Under the pieces are notes generated by a model. The model searched no databases. It saw nothing but the letters and a program-made list of their open reading frames with translations, and was not told the DNA's origin. Both the position numbers and the translations under genes were made by a program. Positions 28,840 to 39,403 of a stretch of 64,000 nucleotides of DNA are shown piece after piece. Location of the stretch: assembly GCA_963843575.1 (NCBI GenBank), contig CAWJKZ010000015.1:160001-224000 (forward strand). The letters are read 5' to 3'. This DNA comes from an uncultured Acidobacteriota bacterium (GTDB lineage: Bacteria; Acidobacteriota; UBA6911). Positions within the stretch are counted from its first letter, which is position 1. Each line of letters begins with the position of its first letter.

Positions 28840-31156
28840 TCAGGGGCGGGCGAAGAGGATGTAGGCTAGAAGGGCGACAACACAAATCAGTAACGCGACG
28901 CCCGCCAGTACGACGACCCGCAAGCCCCGTTCGCCAGCGCGCGGCGGCGCTGCGCCGAGGTTCAGGTTCGACAGCGGCTGCTGGCGGGGCACCGGGGCCG
29001 GAGGCTCCGCAGCTTCCCGGGCCGGTTCCGTGGGATTCGACCGGCGGGCCTCCCGGATTCTGGCTAGGAGCGTCAAGGCCTGCTCGTTGCGCGGCGCGAG
29101 TCCCAGGACGCGGTTTACCTGTTCTTCCGCGGCTTCGGGCGCGTCGGTGATGAAGAGCTGGCGCGCCTCGACGAGGCCCGCCTCGACTGCCGACTGCAGC
29201 TCCTGCTGGCGGATGCCGGCCTCGGCCTCGTCGATCCCCACACGGACGATTGGGTCATCCCCAAGCCACTCGGCCGCGCGGTGCAGGGCGGCGCGGCTCT
29301 CTCTGTACCTCCCTTCCCCCAGCAGCTTGAATCCCGCGACCTTCTCACGTTCTCCGGCGGTCCTGCGTTCGAGCTGCGCATGTTCGGCTTCGACGGCCGC
29401 CAGCGCCTGTTTTCGGAGTTCGGCCGCCTCCGTGCACGACGGGTCGAGGGCCAGTATCTCGTTGGCGATGCGGACGGCGTCCGTGTGAGCAGCGGTGGAG
29501 AGCGATTGGCGTGCCGAGTCGAGCAGGGACGAGACCCGTGCCCGACGCTCTTCCCGGAGACGCTCACGCTGCGCTGCCTCCTGTTCGGCGCGCTGAATCC
29601 GCGAGGTCAGCTCGGCCGCGGCGGTGCTCGTTCCGGCCAGTTCCAGCGCCCGCGCGACCTCGGTGCGCGCACCGGGGAGGTCTCCGGCTTCGAGCCGGCT
29701 GCGTGCCGCCGCGAGCGCTTCGAGGTTCCGGCTTTCGTTCAGCTCCGCCTGTTCTCTCAAGAGATCCCTGGTGCCGGCGAGCATCGCCAGGGCCCCGGCG
29801 TGCGCCGGATTGAGCCGGAGCGCCTGGTCCAACAGGCTTGCGCACGTCTGAAGGTCGCCTGAGGCCCCTGCTGCGGCGGCCTTCGTGAAGAGCTCCTGCG
29901 CCTGCTCAAGCCGCTGGCGCTCTTCCCTTGCACTTTCCAGCCGGGCATCCAGCTCGGACCGCAGGGAGGCGGCTTCGCTGTACGTCGGGTCGTCCCCGAC
30001 GACGTAGTTCAGCATCTGGAGGGCGTTTTCCAGCTGACCGGTCCGGTCCAGGTCCTGCACTTCCATCAGGAGGTAGGACGACCGTTTCCGTTTATCGAGC
30101 AAGGCGTTCACCCGGTCGCGCTCGCGCTCGATATGGGTGCGCTGCTTGGCCAGTGCCATGTATTCGAACTGCGACGTGCGTTTCCAGCCGGTGCCCCCGT
30201 CGGACCTGGTGCCGTCGCGGTTTTCGGGTGCCCGCTTCAATTCTTCCAGCCGAGGTGCACTCTCACCCAGTAGCCCGGGGTTGGCGCCGACGAGCCGTTC
30301 GAGCTCCGCGATGACGTCGAGATTTTCTTGCCGGAGCCTCTGTTTGCGGTCGTCGAGGGTCAGCCGGAAAATCTCCAGCTCGTTCAGCATGTCCTCGATG
30401 TTCTGATAGCGCGCGCCCGGGTCTTTTGCCAGCGCCTTTGCTATCACCGTCTCCAACTCCGGGGGGAGGTCGGGGACGACCTTGTCGATCGCCTCGGGCT
30501 CGCTTTGGAGGATCTTGTAGGTGATCGCGTATTCGGAGTCGGCGTAGAAAGGCTTGGTGTGGGTGAGAAGCTCGTAACAGACGACGCCAAACGAGAAGAT
30601 GTCGGACCGGTGGTCGGGCGCCTCGCCCTTCACCTTTTCGGGCGCCATGTACGAGGGGGTGCCGGCCAGGCTCCTGTGCGTCGGATCTGACCCGACCATC
30701 CGGGCGAGGCCGAAGTCGAGGACCTTCACCTGTCCGGCGCGGGTCAGGAATATGTTTCCCGGGCTTGATGTCGCCGTGGACCACCCCCATCGAATGCGCG
30801 TGGGCGAGCCCCTCGCAGACTTCCACCATGATCCGGAGCTTTTGTTCGAGCGACATCGGGGTGCGTTGTGCGATGTGTTCCTTGAGCTCGCTGCCATCCA
30901 GGAATTCCATCGCGATGAATGCGATGCCGTCGGCTTCGTCCATTTCGTAAATGGTGACGATGTTCTTGTGCGAGAGGGAACCGGCGGAGCGGGCCTCCAT
31001 CAAGAGGCGGTTGCGGAGTTCGGGATCCGGGTTGAGCTGTGCCGACAGGGTTTTTATAGCGACGGTGCGCCCGATGCGAGGGTCGAGCGCCTTGTAGACG
31101 ACCCCCATGCCCCCTTTCCCGACGGTATCGATGACCTGGTATTTGCCGATGTTCAC
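28840..31156 (-). CDS. Hanks-type Ser/Thr kinase with TPR-like helical region and a C-terminal TM segment, 1-nt insertion near 30756
   Basis: GKGGMGVVY, VAIK, HGDIKPG/NIF, DFGLA and GTPSYMAPE split over two frames; GGGAAAC minus one A restores KPGNIF. Confidence 0.85.
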
Positions 31157-31382
31157 AAGAGTAACGGAACGGTTAGGTTGTTGTCGGGCAAGATCATAGC
31201 ATTGACCCGAAGGAAAGGGAGGCCAGAATCTGGAGTGTGGCGCCCGTGCCCGCACCTGCACGCATCTTCGACGTGCGCGCACGAATACCCCGAAAACCAG
31301 AAACCCGCCATTTTCGTGGCAGGTAGTTACAGTTGCGAGCGAGCTGCTGACAAGGCGCTCTTGCCGGGGCTACACTAACGCT

Positions 31383-32348
31383 ATGCAGATCGCAAAACTC
31401 GCGATTCTCGCCCTGTTGGCTGTTGCACCGGCCGGTTGGCGGCAGGGCACGGCGCAGAAGGCGGCTCCGGCCGGGACGCCCGCGCAGAAGGCTGAGATAC
31501 GGCGCCTGGTCCTGAAGGACGGAACGTACGAAAACGTCAATCGATACGAAATCAAAGGGGACCGGGTGCGTTTTCTCAGCTCCGAACGGCGCGAGTGGGA
31601 AGAAATGCCCGCTTCCCTCATCGATTGGCCCGCCACGGAGAAATATGCCGCCGATGCGGCTGCGGAAAAACGGTCGCGGCTTCGCGACCTCGCCGAGAGC
31701 TCGGCCAGCGATCGCGCCGAAACAGAGTCGTCCACCCCCACCGTGGCCCCAGGGATACGGTTGCCCGACACGGGTGGCGTCTTCCTGCTGGACGTCTACC
31801 AGGGTAGGCAGGAGCTGACCCCAGTCCATCAGAACGGGGCCGATGTGAACAAAAACACCGGGGCCAACATACTCCGCGGCATCATCAACCCCGTGGCCGG
31901 CTCCAAACGAACGATCGAGTTGAAAGGTCCGCACGCGCCGGTCCAGTCTCATGTGACCGCGCCGGTCTTTTACGTGGCGATCGACCTGGAAGGCGACTAC
32001 TCGCCGCGCACGGCCCAGGAGCACTTTCGAATCGTCCGCTGCGAGAAGAAGAAGGGGAACCGGATCGTCGGGATGGTCAGCGTCGCCGTGTACGGCAGCG
32101 TGAAGCAGCAGGCAGGTTTTCTCGAGACCGCCGTGGTGCCCGTCGCCGGGCGCTGGGTCAAGGTGTCGCCGGCGGATTCCCTCGAGCCGGGTGAGTACGC
32201 CCTGGTCGAGTTGCTGGGAAAGAAGGGGATCAACACGTTCGTCTGGGACTTCGGCGTGGACCCGGAGGCACCACCCAACGCGGAGGCACAGCGGAGTGCG
32301 TCGGCCAAACCCAGCCAGGCCCCCGTGCTCCAGAAGCGCAAGAAGTGA
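31383..32348 (+). CDS. Secreted hypothetical protein
   Basis: Signal peptide; RLVLKDG and LEPGEYAL...WDFG patterns; long ORF. Confidence 0.6.
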   Translation: MQIAKLAILALLAVAPAGWRQGTAQKAAPAGTPAQKAEIRRLVLKDGTYENVNRYEIKGDRVRFLSSERREWEEMPASLIDWPATEKYAADAAAEKRSRLRDLAESSASDRAETESSTPTVAPGIRLPDTGGVFLLDVYQGRQELTPVHQNGADVNKNTGANILRGIINPVAGSKRTIELKGPHAPVQSHVTAPVFYVAIDLEGDYSPRTAQEHFRIVRCEKKKGNRIVGMVSVAVYGSVKQQAGFLETAVVPVAGRWVKVSPADSLEPGEYALVELLGKKGINTFVWDFGVDPEAPPNAEAQRSASAKPSQAPVLQKRKK

Positions 32349-32366
32349 CCCGGCCCAGCGTTTTAT

Positions 32367-32477
32367 CAAGTGGGTCCGGGCTTCAGCCCGGACGTCTTTT
32401 GATCTGATCTATGTGGCGACGGGCGCGCGTTATAGCGACCGCAAGACGGGTCCGGGCTGAAGCCCGGACCCACTTGT
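32367..32477. repeat. REPIN-like element, family A (reverse orientation)
   Basis: Same arms; the spacer is the reverse complement of that at 517-628. Confidence 0.85.
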
Positions 32478-32497
32478 TTCCTAGATGCACTCGGTCG

Positions 32498-32968
32498 CTA
32501 CTTCTGCGCAGCCATGGCGCTGATGCGCCGCTTCATCTCCTCCGGCGATACGTCTTCCTTGTGGGTGGCGATGGACCACTTGTGGCCATACGGGTCGAGG
32601 ATCACGCCGGAGCGGTCTCCGTAGAACTGATCCTTGACCGGTCTCTCCAGTTTTGAACCGAGGTCGACGGCCTTCCTGACGACTGCGTCGGCGTCTTCCA
32701 CGTAAAGCAGCAGGCTGACGGGCGTGCCCCCGAAGTGTTCGGGGCTGAGCGCCCCCATATCGGGGTGCTCGTCGGCCAGCATGATCGGGGCGCTGCCGAC
32801 CCTGATCTCGGCGTGGCCGATCTTCCCCCCGGGCCCCTCCATCCGCATCAATTCGGTGGCGCCGAATGCCTTCTTGTAGAATTCGATCGCTCGCGCCGCG
32901 TCCTTCACGATCAGATAGGGGGTCACGGCACCGTAGCCGTCCGGAATCGATTTTGTTTTTCCTGCCAT
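32498..32968 (-). CDS. VOC/glyoxalase (PhnB-like) protein
   Basis: VTPYL..AIEFYKKAFGA and DQFYGDR..DPYGHKW motifs. Confidence 0.88.
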   Translation of the reverse strand: MAGKTKSIPDGYGAVTPYLIVKDAARAIEFYKKAFGATELMRMEGPGGKIGHAEIRVGSAPIMLADEHPDMGALSPEHFGGTPVSLLLYVEDADAVVRKAVDLGSKLERPVKDQFYGDRSGVILDPYGHKWSIATHKEDVSPEEMKRRISAMAAQK

Positions 32969-33016
32969 ATCCTCCTCCGTGGTTAGCTTTCGCTGGTCCC
33001 AGGGGGGGTACTCGAA

Positions 33017-33664
33017 TCACAGGAATTCCTGCCTGCTGAGGAACGGATTACGCTGCCGCTCCTCCCCGATGGTCGTGAGCGGGCCGTGACCCGGGATCAC
33101 CCGGATGTCGTCGGGGAGTGGCATCAGCCGGTCGTGGAGCGACGCGATGATTTTTTCATACGACCCGCCGGGCAGATCGGTCCTGCCGATGCCACCGGCA
33201 AACAGGGTGTCGCCGGCGATCAGGAGCTTCTCGGCCCCGAGCAGTAGGCAGACGCTCCCCTCGGTGTGACCCGGCGTATGGATGACCTGCGCGGCAAGGT
33301 TACCCTCACCGACGCGGTCCCCGTCGTCCAGCGCGGCGTCCACGATCACCGGGTCGGGCAGCCGGACGCCGATCCAGGCGGCCTGCGTGCCGAGTTCCTG
33401 GAGGAGCCGTCGGTCGTGCGGATTCATGAGGATCGGCGCACCCGTGAGGGATTTGAGCTTCATCGCTCCCCCGACGTGGTCGATGTGGGCGTGCGTTATC
33501 ACGATGCGGTTCACCCTCAACCGGTGGGCCTGGACCACACTCACTATTCGATCGACGTCGTCTCCGGGGTCGATCACCATGGCATCGCCGGTCTGCGGAT
33601 CGCCCAGGATCGAGCAGTTGCACAGTAAAGCGCCAACGGGGAGGATTTCGTGAATGAGGCTCAT
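33017..33664 (-). CDS. MBL-fold metallo-hydrolase (glyoxalase II-like)
   Basis: THAHIDH, TPGHT, GDTLF and PGHG motifs. Confidence 0.88.
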   Translation of the reverse strand: MSLIHEILPVGALLCNCSILGDPQTGDAMVIDPGDDVDRIVSVVQAHRLRVNRIVITHAHIDHVGGAMKLKSLTGAPILMNPHDRRLLQELGTQAAWIGVRLPDPVIVDAALDDGDRVGEGNLAAQVIHTPGHTEGSVCLLLGAEKLLIAGDTLFAGGIGRTDLPGGSYEKIIASLHDRLMPLPDDIRVIPGHGPLTTIGEERQRNPFLSRQEFL

Positions 33665-33952
33665 TCTTTCGGGACCTCTGTCATGGATACTGGATATCAA
33701 TAATCGGGTCCGGTGACAATCCCCATTGTGCTCCGCGTGCGGCAGCAGGTCGCGCTCGGGTGCCTGTCGACAGGCGGCGTCGCTCCGTTGTCTTTCGAGC
33801 TGGTCATCCTCGGGATTCTCTGAGCTCTGGAAGCCGTGGAGGTGAGTTCCGGAGCCATACCCACTTGAGCTTCGCAACTGAGACCGGCTGGTGTTATCTT
33901 TGTGATCCTCAGCGTCTCAGCCGTGATGTTTTCACGTGTCGGGGGTACCCTC

Positions 33953-34639
33953 ATGACGTCGCCCTTTCCCGGTTTTCCGCCGGATGCGTTCCGCTTCCTA
34001 CGGGATCTGAAGCGGCACAACAACCGCGAGTGGTTTCTCCAGAACAAAGAGACCTACGAACAGAAGGTCAAGCAGCCGATGCTTGACCTGGTCGGGGAGC
34101 TCGGGAACCTGCTGCACGGGCTCGCCCCTGAGCTCAACACGGACCCGAAGCGGGCGATGTTCCGGATCTATCGGGACACGCGTTTCAGCGCGGACAAGAC
34201 GCCGTACAAGACCCAAGTGGCGGCCCACTTCTCGCCCCGGATCCCCGTCAAGCGCAACTACGCCGGCCTGTATTTCCAGATCGAGCCCCATGAGGTGCTG
34301 GTCGCGGGGGGAATCTACATGCCGGGGTCCGCGGAGCTCCGCCAGATCCGCGACCACTTGGCCGAGCACGGGGACCAGCTGCGCGCACTCCTGCTCGAGC
34401 CGCGGCTGAAGCGGTTCTACGGCGGGCTGCAGGGCGAGCAGACGACCCGGCCGCCTCGCGGGTACACCGCCGATCACCCGCAACTCGACCTGTTGCGCTA
34501 CAAACACTACATTGTCTGGGCCGAGCGGCCGGGTGCGCTCGCCCGTGGGCCGGAACTGTTCCGGTTTGTCGTCGAGGGCTTTGTCGCCGCCCTCCCGCTG
34601 GTGCGTTTTCTTAACGGACTCCTCGGGATTAGAGCCTAA
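33953..34639 (+). CDS. DUF2461-family protein
   Basis: NNREWF and FRIYRDTRFSADKTPYK motifs. Confidence 0.85.
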   Translation: MTSPFPGFPPDAFRFLRDLKRHNNREWFLQNKETYEQKVKQPMLDLVGELGNLLHGLAPELNTDPKRAMFRIYRDTRFSADKTPYKTQVAAHFSPRIPVKRNYAGLYFQIEPHEVLVAGGIYMPGSAELRQIRDHLAEHGDQLRALLLEPRLKRFYGGLQGEQTTRPPRGYTADHPQLDLLRYKHYIVWAERPGALARGPELFRFVVEGFVAALPLVRFLNGLLGIRA

Positions 34640-34732
34640 AATAGGCCCGGCCCGAGGTTCGTCGGACCTCGGCCGCGGATGCGCGCTGTCGCGGTGAGTT
34701 TCTTTGGATCGTTTTTATCCCATGGAAAAATT

Positions 34733-35212
34733 ATGGAAGAAACCATCTCATTCAAACTGAACAATCGTCCCGTGCAGTTGACCGTCGACGGCGAGCGCAG
34801 CCTCCTCTGGGTGCTGCGCACCGAGCTCGGCCTCACCGGCACGAAATACGGCTGCGGCCAGAGCCTGTGCGGGTCCTGCACCGTCGTGGTCGAGCGTGAG
34901 GCGGTCCGGTCGTGCCGGGTCGCGGTCAGGGAAGTGCGCGGCAAGTCGGTGACCACGGTCGAAGGCCTGTCGCCGGGCGGGAAGCTGCACCGGCTGCAGC
35001 AGGCATTCCTGGACGAAGGGGCGTACCAGTGCGGTTTCTGCACTCCTGGGATGCTCATGAACGCCTACGCGTTGCTCCTGAGGAAACCGAAACCGTCGAA
35101 GTCCGAGATTGTCGAGGCCATGGAGGGAAACCTGTGCCGGTGCGGTTCGTACGCGCGCATCGTCAAGGCGGTCCAGTCCGCGTCCCGCGGCACAAAAGGG
35201 GGTGAGGCATGA
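34733..35212 (+). CDS. 2Fe-2S subunit (IorA-like)
   Basis: GCGQSLCGSC, QCGFCTPG and NLCRC motifs. Confidence 0.88.
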   Translation: MEETISFKLNNRPVQLTVDGERSLLWVLRTELGLTGTKYGCGQSLCGSCTVVVEREAVRSCRVAVREVRGKSVTTVEGLSPGGKLHRLQQAFLDEGAYQCGFCTPGMLMNAYALLLRKPKPSKSEIVEAMEGNLCRCGSYARIVKAVQSASRGTKGGEA

Positions 35213-37311
35213 CCAATCCTGAAGAATTGAGAGAATGCGGGTCGCTGGAACGCCGGGAATTCCTGAAGCTCCTCGGCTCGGGCGTGTTCGTCTTCTTCTC
35301 GCTCGAGGAACCCTTCGCCCCCGGGCAGCAACGTGCCTACCCCGATGATTTCAACGCGTACCTTTTGATCGGCGAGAACGGGCGTGTCACCTGCTATTCC
35401 GGCAAGATCGAGCAGGGGCAGGGGAACACGACCGCCCTGGCCCAGATGCTGGCGGAGGAGCTCGAGGTGCCCTTTGCCGGGGTGGATATGATCATGGGGG
35501 ACACTCGCCTGTGTCCTTGGGACGGGGGCACCGTGGGGTCGCGCAGCATAAAGTACTTCGGCCCGGCGTTGCGCGCCGCGGCCGCCGAAGCCCGCGAGGT
35601 GCTCGTCCAGCTGGCGGCCGAGCAGCTGAAGGTTGCACCAACCAGGCTCGCGGCTAAGGATGGGTTCGTTTTCGACCGGGACAATCCCGGCAAACGCGTG
35701 TCCTACGGTTCGCTGGCCCGCGGGAAGAAAATCGAGAGACACCTCGAGAGGAAGCCTCCGCTGAAGGCTCCGGCGGAATTCAAGGTTTGCGGCAAGCCGC
35801 TGCCGCGCAAGGACGGGCTCGAGAAGGTGACCGGCGCGGCGAAATTCGCGGGCGACATCCGGTTGCCGGGGATGCTATACGCCAGGATCCTGAGGCCTCC
35901 GGCCCACGGGGCGCAGTTGAAGGACGTGGACGTCTCGGGCGCGGGAGCGGTCGAGGGTGCGCGGGTCGTACGCGACGGCGATCTGATCGCCGTGCTCCAC
36001 CCGACGCCCGATGGGGCGGAACGTGCGTTGAGCCTCCTGAAGGCGGAGTTCACCGTCCCGGAGAGCGCCGTCGACGACCGCAACATCCTCGATGTACTGA
36101 AGGCGGCGGCCTCGCCTGCCGAGCCGATCGAACAAAAGGGCGATCTGGCGGCCGGGCGCTCTCAGGCGTCGGTCCTGTTCGAGGAGACCTATTTCACACC
36201 GTACATCGCCCACGCGGCCACCGAGACACACACTGCCGTCGCCCGCGTCGAAAACGGCGAGGCCACCGTGTGGGCCTCCACCCAGCGCCCGTTCGGAGTA
36301 CAGGAGGAACTTGCCCGTACCCTGGGACTCCCCGTCGAAAAGGTGCGCGTCGTGACCCCGTACGTCGGAGGGGGGTTCGGCGGCAAGAGCCAGGCGCGCC
36401 AGGCGCTTGAGGCGGCCCGCCTCTCCAAGTCGGCGGGGGTGCCCGTCCACGTCGCCTGGACCCGCGAAGAGGAGTTCTTCTACGACACGTTCAGGCCGGC
36501 CGCCTTCACGAAGATCAGCTCCGGCCTCGACGGTTCAAACCGCATCGCGTTCTGGGACTATCAGGTGTACTTCGCCGGCGAACGAAGTTCCCAGATGATC
36601 TACGAAGTGCCCCACCTGCGCACGATTTCGGGCGGGGCAGCCCGGGGAACGCCGGGACCCAGCCCGCTGGCCACCGGCGCGTGGCGCGGGCCGGGGAGCA
36701 ACACCAACATATTTGCTCGCGAGTCCCACATCGACGTCATGGCTGCCAAGGCCGGCGTGGACCCCGTGGAATTCCGGCTGAAGAACCTGACGAACCCGAG
36801 GCTGATCCGCGTGCTGCGCGCCGCCGCAGACCAGTTCAAATACACCCCTGCCAAGGGCCCCAGCGGGCGCGGCTACGGCGTCGCCCTGCTGGACTATCTG
36901 AACACGGCCGTGGCCGCTTTCGCCGAAGTCGCCGTGGACAAGTCCAGCGGACGCATGACGGTCAAGCGAGTCACCGTGGCACAGGACCTCGGGCAGGTCA
37001 TCAACCCCGAAGGGACACGGATCCAAATGGAAGGGTGTGTTCAGATGGGGTTGTCTTCCGTGCTGACCGAGGAGATCCGGTTCAAGGGCGGCGACGTCAA
37101 GGACCGCAACTACGACACGTACGACATCACCCGGTTCTCGTGGGTGCCCGAGATAGAGACCGTACTTGTCGACAACCCGGAACTGGCCCCGCAGGGCTGC
37201 GGCGAGCCGACCATCACCTGCATGGCGGCTCTGCTCGCGAACGCTCTGTTCGATTTCACCGGCGTGAGGCTCTTCCGGCTGCCATTGACCCCCGGGAGGA
37301 TCAAGGCCTGA
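35209..37311 (+). CDS. Molybdopterin-binding subunit (isoquinoline 1-oxidoreductase beta / IorB-like)
   Basis: ERREFLK; EQGQG; GGGFGGK; AWRGPG; GCGEP; ATGA overlap with the upstream gene. Confidence 0.85.
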   Translation: MTNPEELRECGSLERREFLKLLGSGVFVFFSLEEPFAPGQQRAYPDDFNAYLLIGENGRVTCYSGKIEQGQGNTTALAQMLAEELEVPFAGVDMIMGDTRLCPWDGGTVGSRSIKYFGPALRAAAAEAREVLVQLAAEQLKVAPTRLAAKDGFVFDRDNPGKRVSYGSLARGKKIERHLERKPPLKAPAEFKVCGKPLPRKDGLEKVTGAAKFAGDIRLPGMLYARILRPPAHGAQLKDVDVSGAGAVEGARVVRDGDLIAVLHPTPDGAERALSLLKAEFTVPESAVDDRNILDVLKAAASPAEPIEQKGDLAAGRSQASVLFEETYFTPYIAHAATETHTAVARVENGEATVWASTQRPFGVQEELARTLGLPVEKVRVVTPYVGGGFGGKSQARQALEAARLSKSAGVPVHVAWTREEEFFYDTFRPAAFTKISSGLDGSNRIAFWDYQVYFAGERSSQMIYEVPHLRTISGGAARGTPGPSPLATGAWRGPGSNTNIFARESHIDVMAAKAGVDPVEFRLKNLTNPRLIRVLRAAADQFKYTPAKGPSGRGYGVALLDYLNTAVAAFAEVAVDKSSGRMTVKRVTVAQDLGQVINPEGTRIQMEGCVQMGLSSVLTEEIRFKGGDVKDRNYDTYDITRFSWVPEIETVLVDNPELAPQGCGEPTITCMAALLANALFDFTGVRLFRLPLTPGRIKA

Positions 37312-37324
37312 CCCTTAAGGCACT

Positions 37325-37495
37325 CAAGTGGGTCCGGGCCTCAGAGGCTGTCCAAAGGTTGAACTACCCGCCCTGCCCGTAAAACAAGTGGGTCCGGGCT
37401 TCAGCCCGGACGTTTTTTGATCTGATCTATGTGGCGACGGGCGCACGTTACAGCGACCGCAAGAAGTGTCCGGGCTGAAGCCCTGACCCACTTGT
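37325..37495. repeat. REPIN-like element, family A, with an extra arm
   Basis: Three GTGGGTC-palindrome arms using the same two spacers as the 14.5-kb array. Confidence 0.85.
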
Positions 37496-37524
37496 TTTTT
37501 TGTTCATTAGACTAGCCGTTCGGG

Positions 37525-39312
37525 TTGCCGCGATTGAAAAAAGCGAAGAAGGCTCGACCGGCACCGGCCGGAAAACTGTATTGGTGGTATGCGGCGCTGG
37601 CCGTGCTCGTCGTCGTTCTCAACGTAGGGTCCCTGACGAACGGCTTCACCCTGGACGATCGGACGCTGGTGTTGGAAGACCCCAGGGTGCGCGACCTCGG
37701 GCGTGTCCCCGAGTTGCTGCTCGGCGGGTACCGGCATGCGACGGAGAACAGCCTCTACCGCCCATTAACCAGCCTCAGTCTCGCGCTCAACTACGCCGCC
37801 ACGGGACCATCCGGCTGGGGTTACCACCTGGTCAACCTGGTGCTGCACCTCACGGCTTGCCTCCTGGCCTTCCGCCTGGGATCCGTGGTGCTTGGGCATG
37901 ACCCCCGCGCTTTCGTGGCGGCGCTGCTCTTCGCCGCACACCCGGTCCATGTTGAAGCGGTCGCCAATGTGGTGGGGAGGGCCGAGGTCCTGGCGTTCAT
38001 CTTCCTGGTCGGCAGCTTCCTGACGCTGCGGCGGTACGAAGCCGGAGGGACCCGACGGCTCGGCAGCCTCCTCCTCGGCGGGATGCTCTACCTCCTGGCG
38101 CTGCTCTCCAAGGAAAACGCGATCGTCGGCGTCGGCATCTGGGTGTTGATGCTCCTGTTCACCCCTGCTTCGAACTCTCCCTCTCGGAGGGTGCTGGCGT
38201 TGGCGCGGAATCGCGTCCTTTGGGTGCTGTTCTTCGTCTCGGCCGCCTACCTCGCCCTCCGCTACGCCGTGCTCGGTACGGTCGCGCCGGGCGTGCAGCC
38301 CGAAATCACCTTCGTGGAGAACCCGCTCGCGTTCGTCGACACGGGGACGAGGGTGTTGACCGCCGTGACCGTCCTGGTGCGCTACCTCGGGCTGCTCGCC
38401 TGGCCGTTCACGCTTTCCGCGGACTATTCCTATAACGCGGTCCCACTCGTGGGCAGTGCGCTCGATCCCCGGTTTGTCGTGTGCGCCGCAGTGCTGGCAG
38501 GCCTTGCAGCGGCGGCGGTCGCGGTCCGGGGGCGGCGGCCCGATTACCTGTTCGCGCTGCTTTTCTTTCTTGTGTCCATTTCGGTGGTGTCGAACGTCCC
38601 GGTGCCCATCGGGGCGACGATGGCCGAGAGGTTCCTCTATCTGCCGTCGATCGCGTTCTGCTGGGCCGCGGCCCGGCTGGGCGGCGACCTGGGAGGATAT
38701 CCGGACAGTCTGAACCGGCACGCCCTGCTGCGCAGCCCCGGGGTCGTCGGGCTCTGCCTCCTGCTCATTGTGCCCTGGAGCGTCCGGACGGTGCTGCGCA
38801 ACCGCGATTGGCGCGACGACGGCTCGATTTCGGAGGCCGCGGTCGTCGCGGTGCCTGGCAGCGCAAAAGCGCGGGTGCTCCTGGCCGACTACCACTTCGG
38901 CCGGGGCGACTACCGCGGTGCGGAGGAGGGCTACCGGCAGGCATTGGGGCTGTACCCCGAATATGCCGGGGCGGCGATCAACCTTGCGGCCAGCCTGGAT
39001 GCCCAGGCCAGGTTCGGGGAGGCACTGTCGCTGCTGGCCAGTTTCGCGGAGCGCAGCGGCAAGTTCGAGCCGGCCCGGTTGCGCGAAGTGGGCCGGGCTC
39101 ACATGGGCCTCGGAGCATGGGACCAGGCCGCGGCGGCTTACGAAGGAGCCCTGGCGCTCTTCGAGCCCGATCCTCTGGCCCACCGGAACCTCGGCGGCAT
39201 ATACATCCAGTTCCTGGGAAAGCGGGCCGAGGGGCAGGTCCACATACGGCGGAGCCTGGAGCTGGCGCCGGATCAGGACGGCGCCGCAACGATGCGCGAG
39301 GCGTTGCGTTAG
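37525..39312 (+). CDS. TMTC-like membrane GT-C protein with TPR repeats (DUF1736-like)
   Basis: FTLDD, YRPL, HPVHVEAVANVVGRAE, SKE, LSADYS, AERFLYLPS and RNRDW motifs; C-terminal TPRs. Confidence 0.8.
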   Translation: MPRLKKAKKARPAPAGKLYWWYAALAVLVVVLNVGSLTNGFTLDDRTLVLEDPRVRDLGRVPELLLGGYRHATENSLYRPLTSLSLALNYAATGPSGWGYHLVNLVLHLTACLLAFRLGSVVLGHDPRAFVAALLFAAHPVHVEAVANVVGRAEVLAFIFLVGSFLTLRRYEAGGTRRLGSLLLGGMLYLLALLSKENAIVGVGIWVLMLLFTPASNSPSRRVLALARNRVLWVLFFVSAAYLALRYAVLGTVAPGVQPEITFVENPLAFVDTGTRVLTAVTVLVRYLGLLAWPFTLSADYSYNAVPLVGSALDPRFVVCAAVLAGLAAAAVAVRGRRPDYLFALLFFLVSISVVSNVPVPIGATMAERFLYLPSIAFCWAAARLGGDLGGYPDSLNRHALLRSPGVVGLCLLLIVPWSVRTVLRNRDWRDDGSISEAAVVAVPGSAKARVLLADYHFGRGDYRGAEEGYRQALGLYPEYAGAAINLAASLDAQARFGEALSLLASFAERSGKFEPARLREVGRAHMGLGAWDQAAAAYEGALALFEPDPLAHRNLGGIYIQFLGKRAEGQVHIRRSLELAPDQDGAATMREALR

Positions 39313-39403
39313 TCGCTTTCTTCGAGATTCTTCGAGTTCCTGGAGTCTTGGAGGTCGGCGCCTTAACTGAACTAACCTCAACGGCCTGACGAGCTCCAGG
39401 AAT

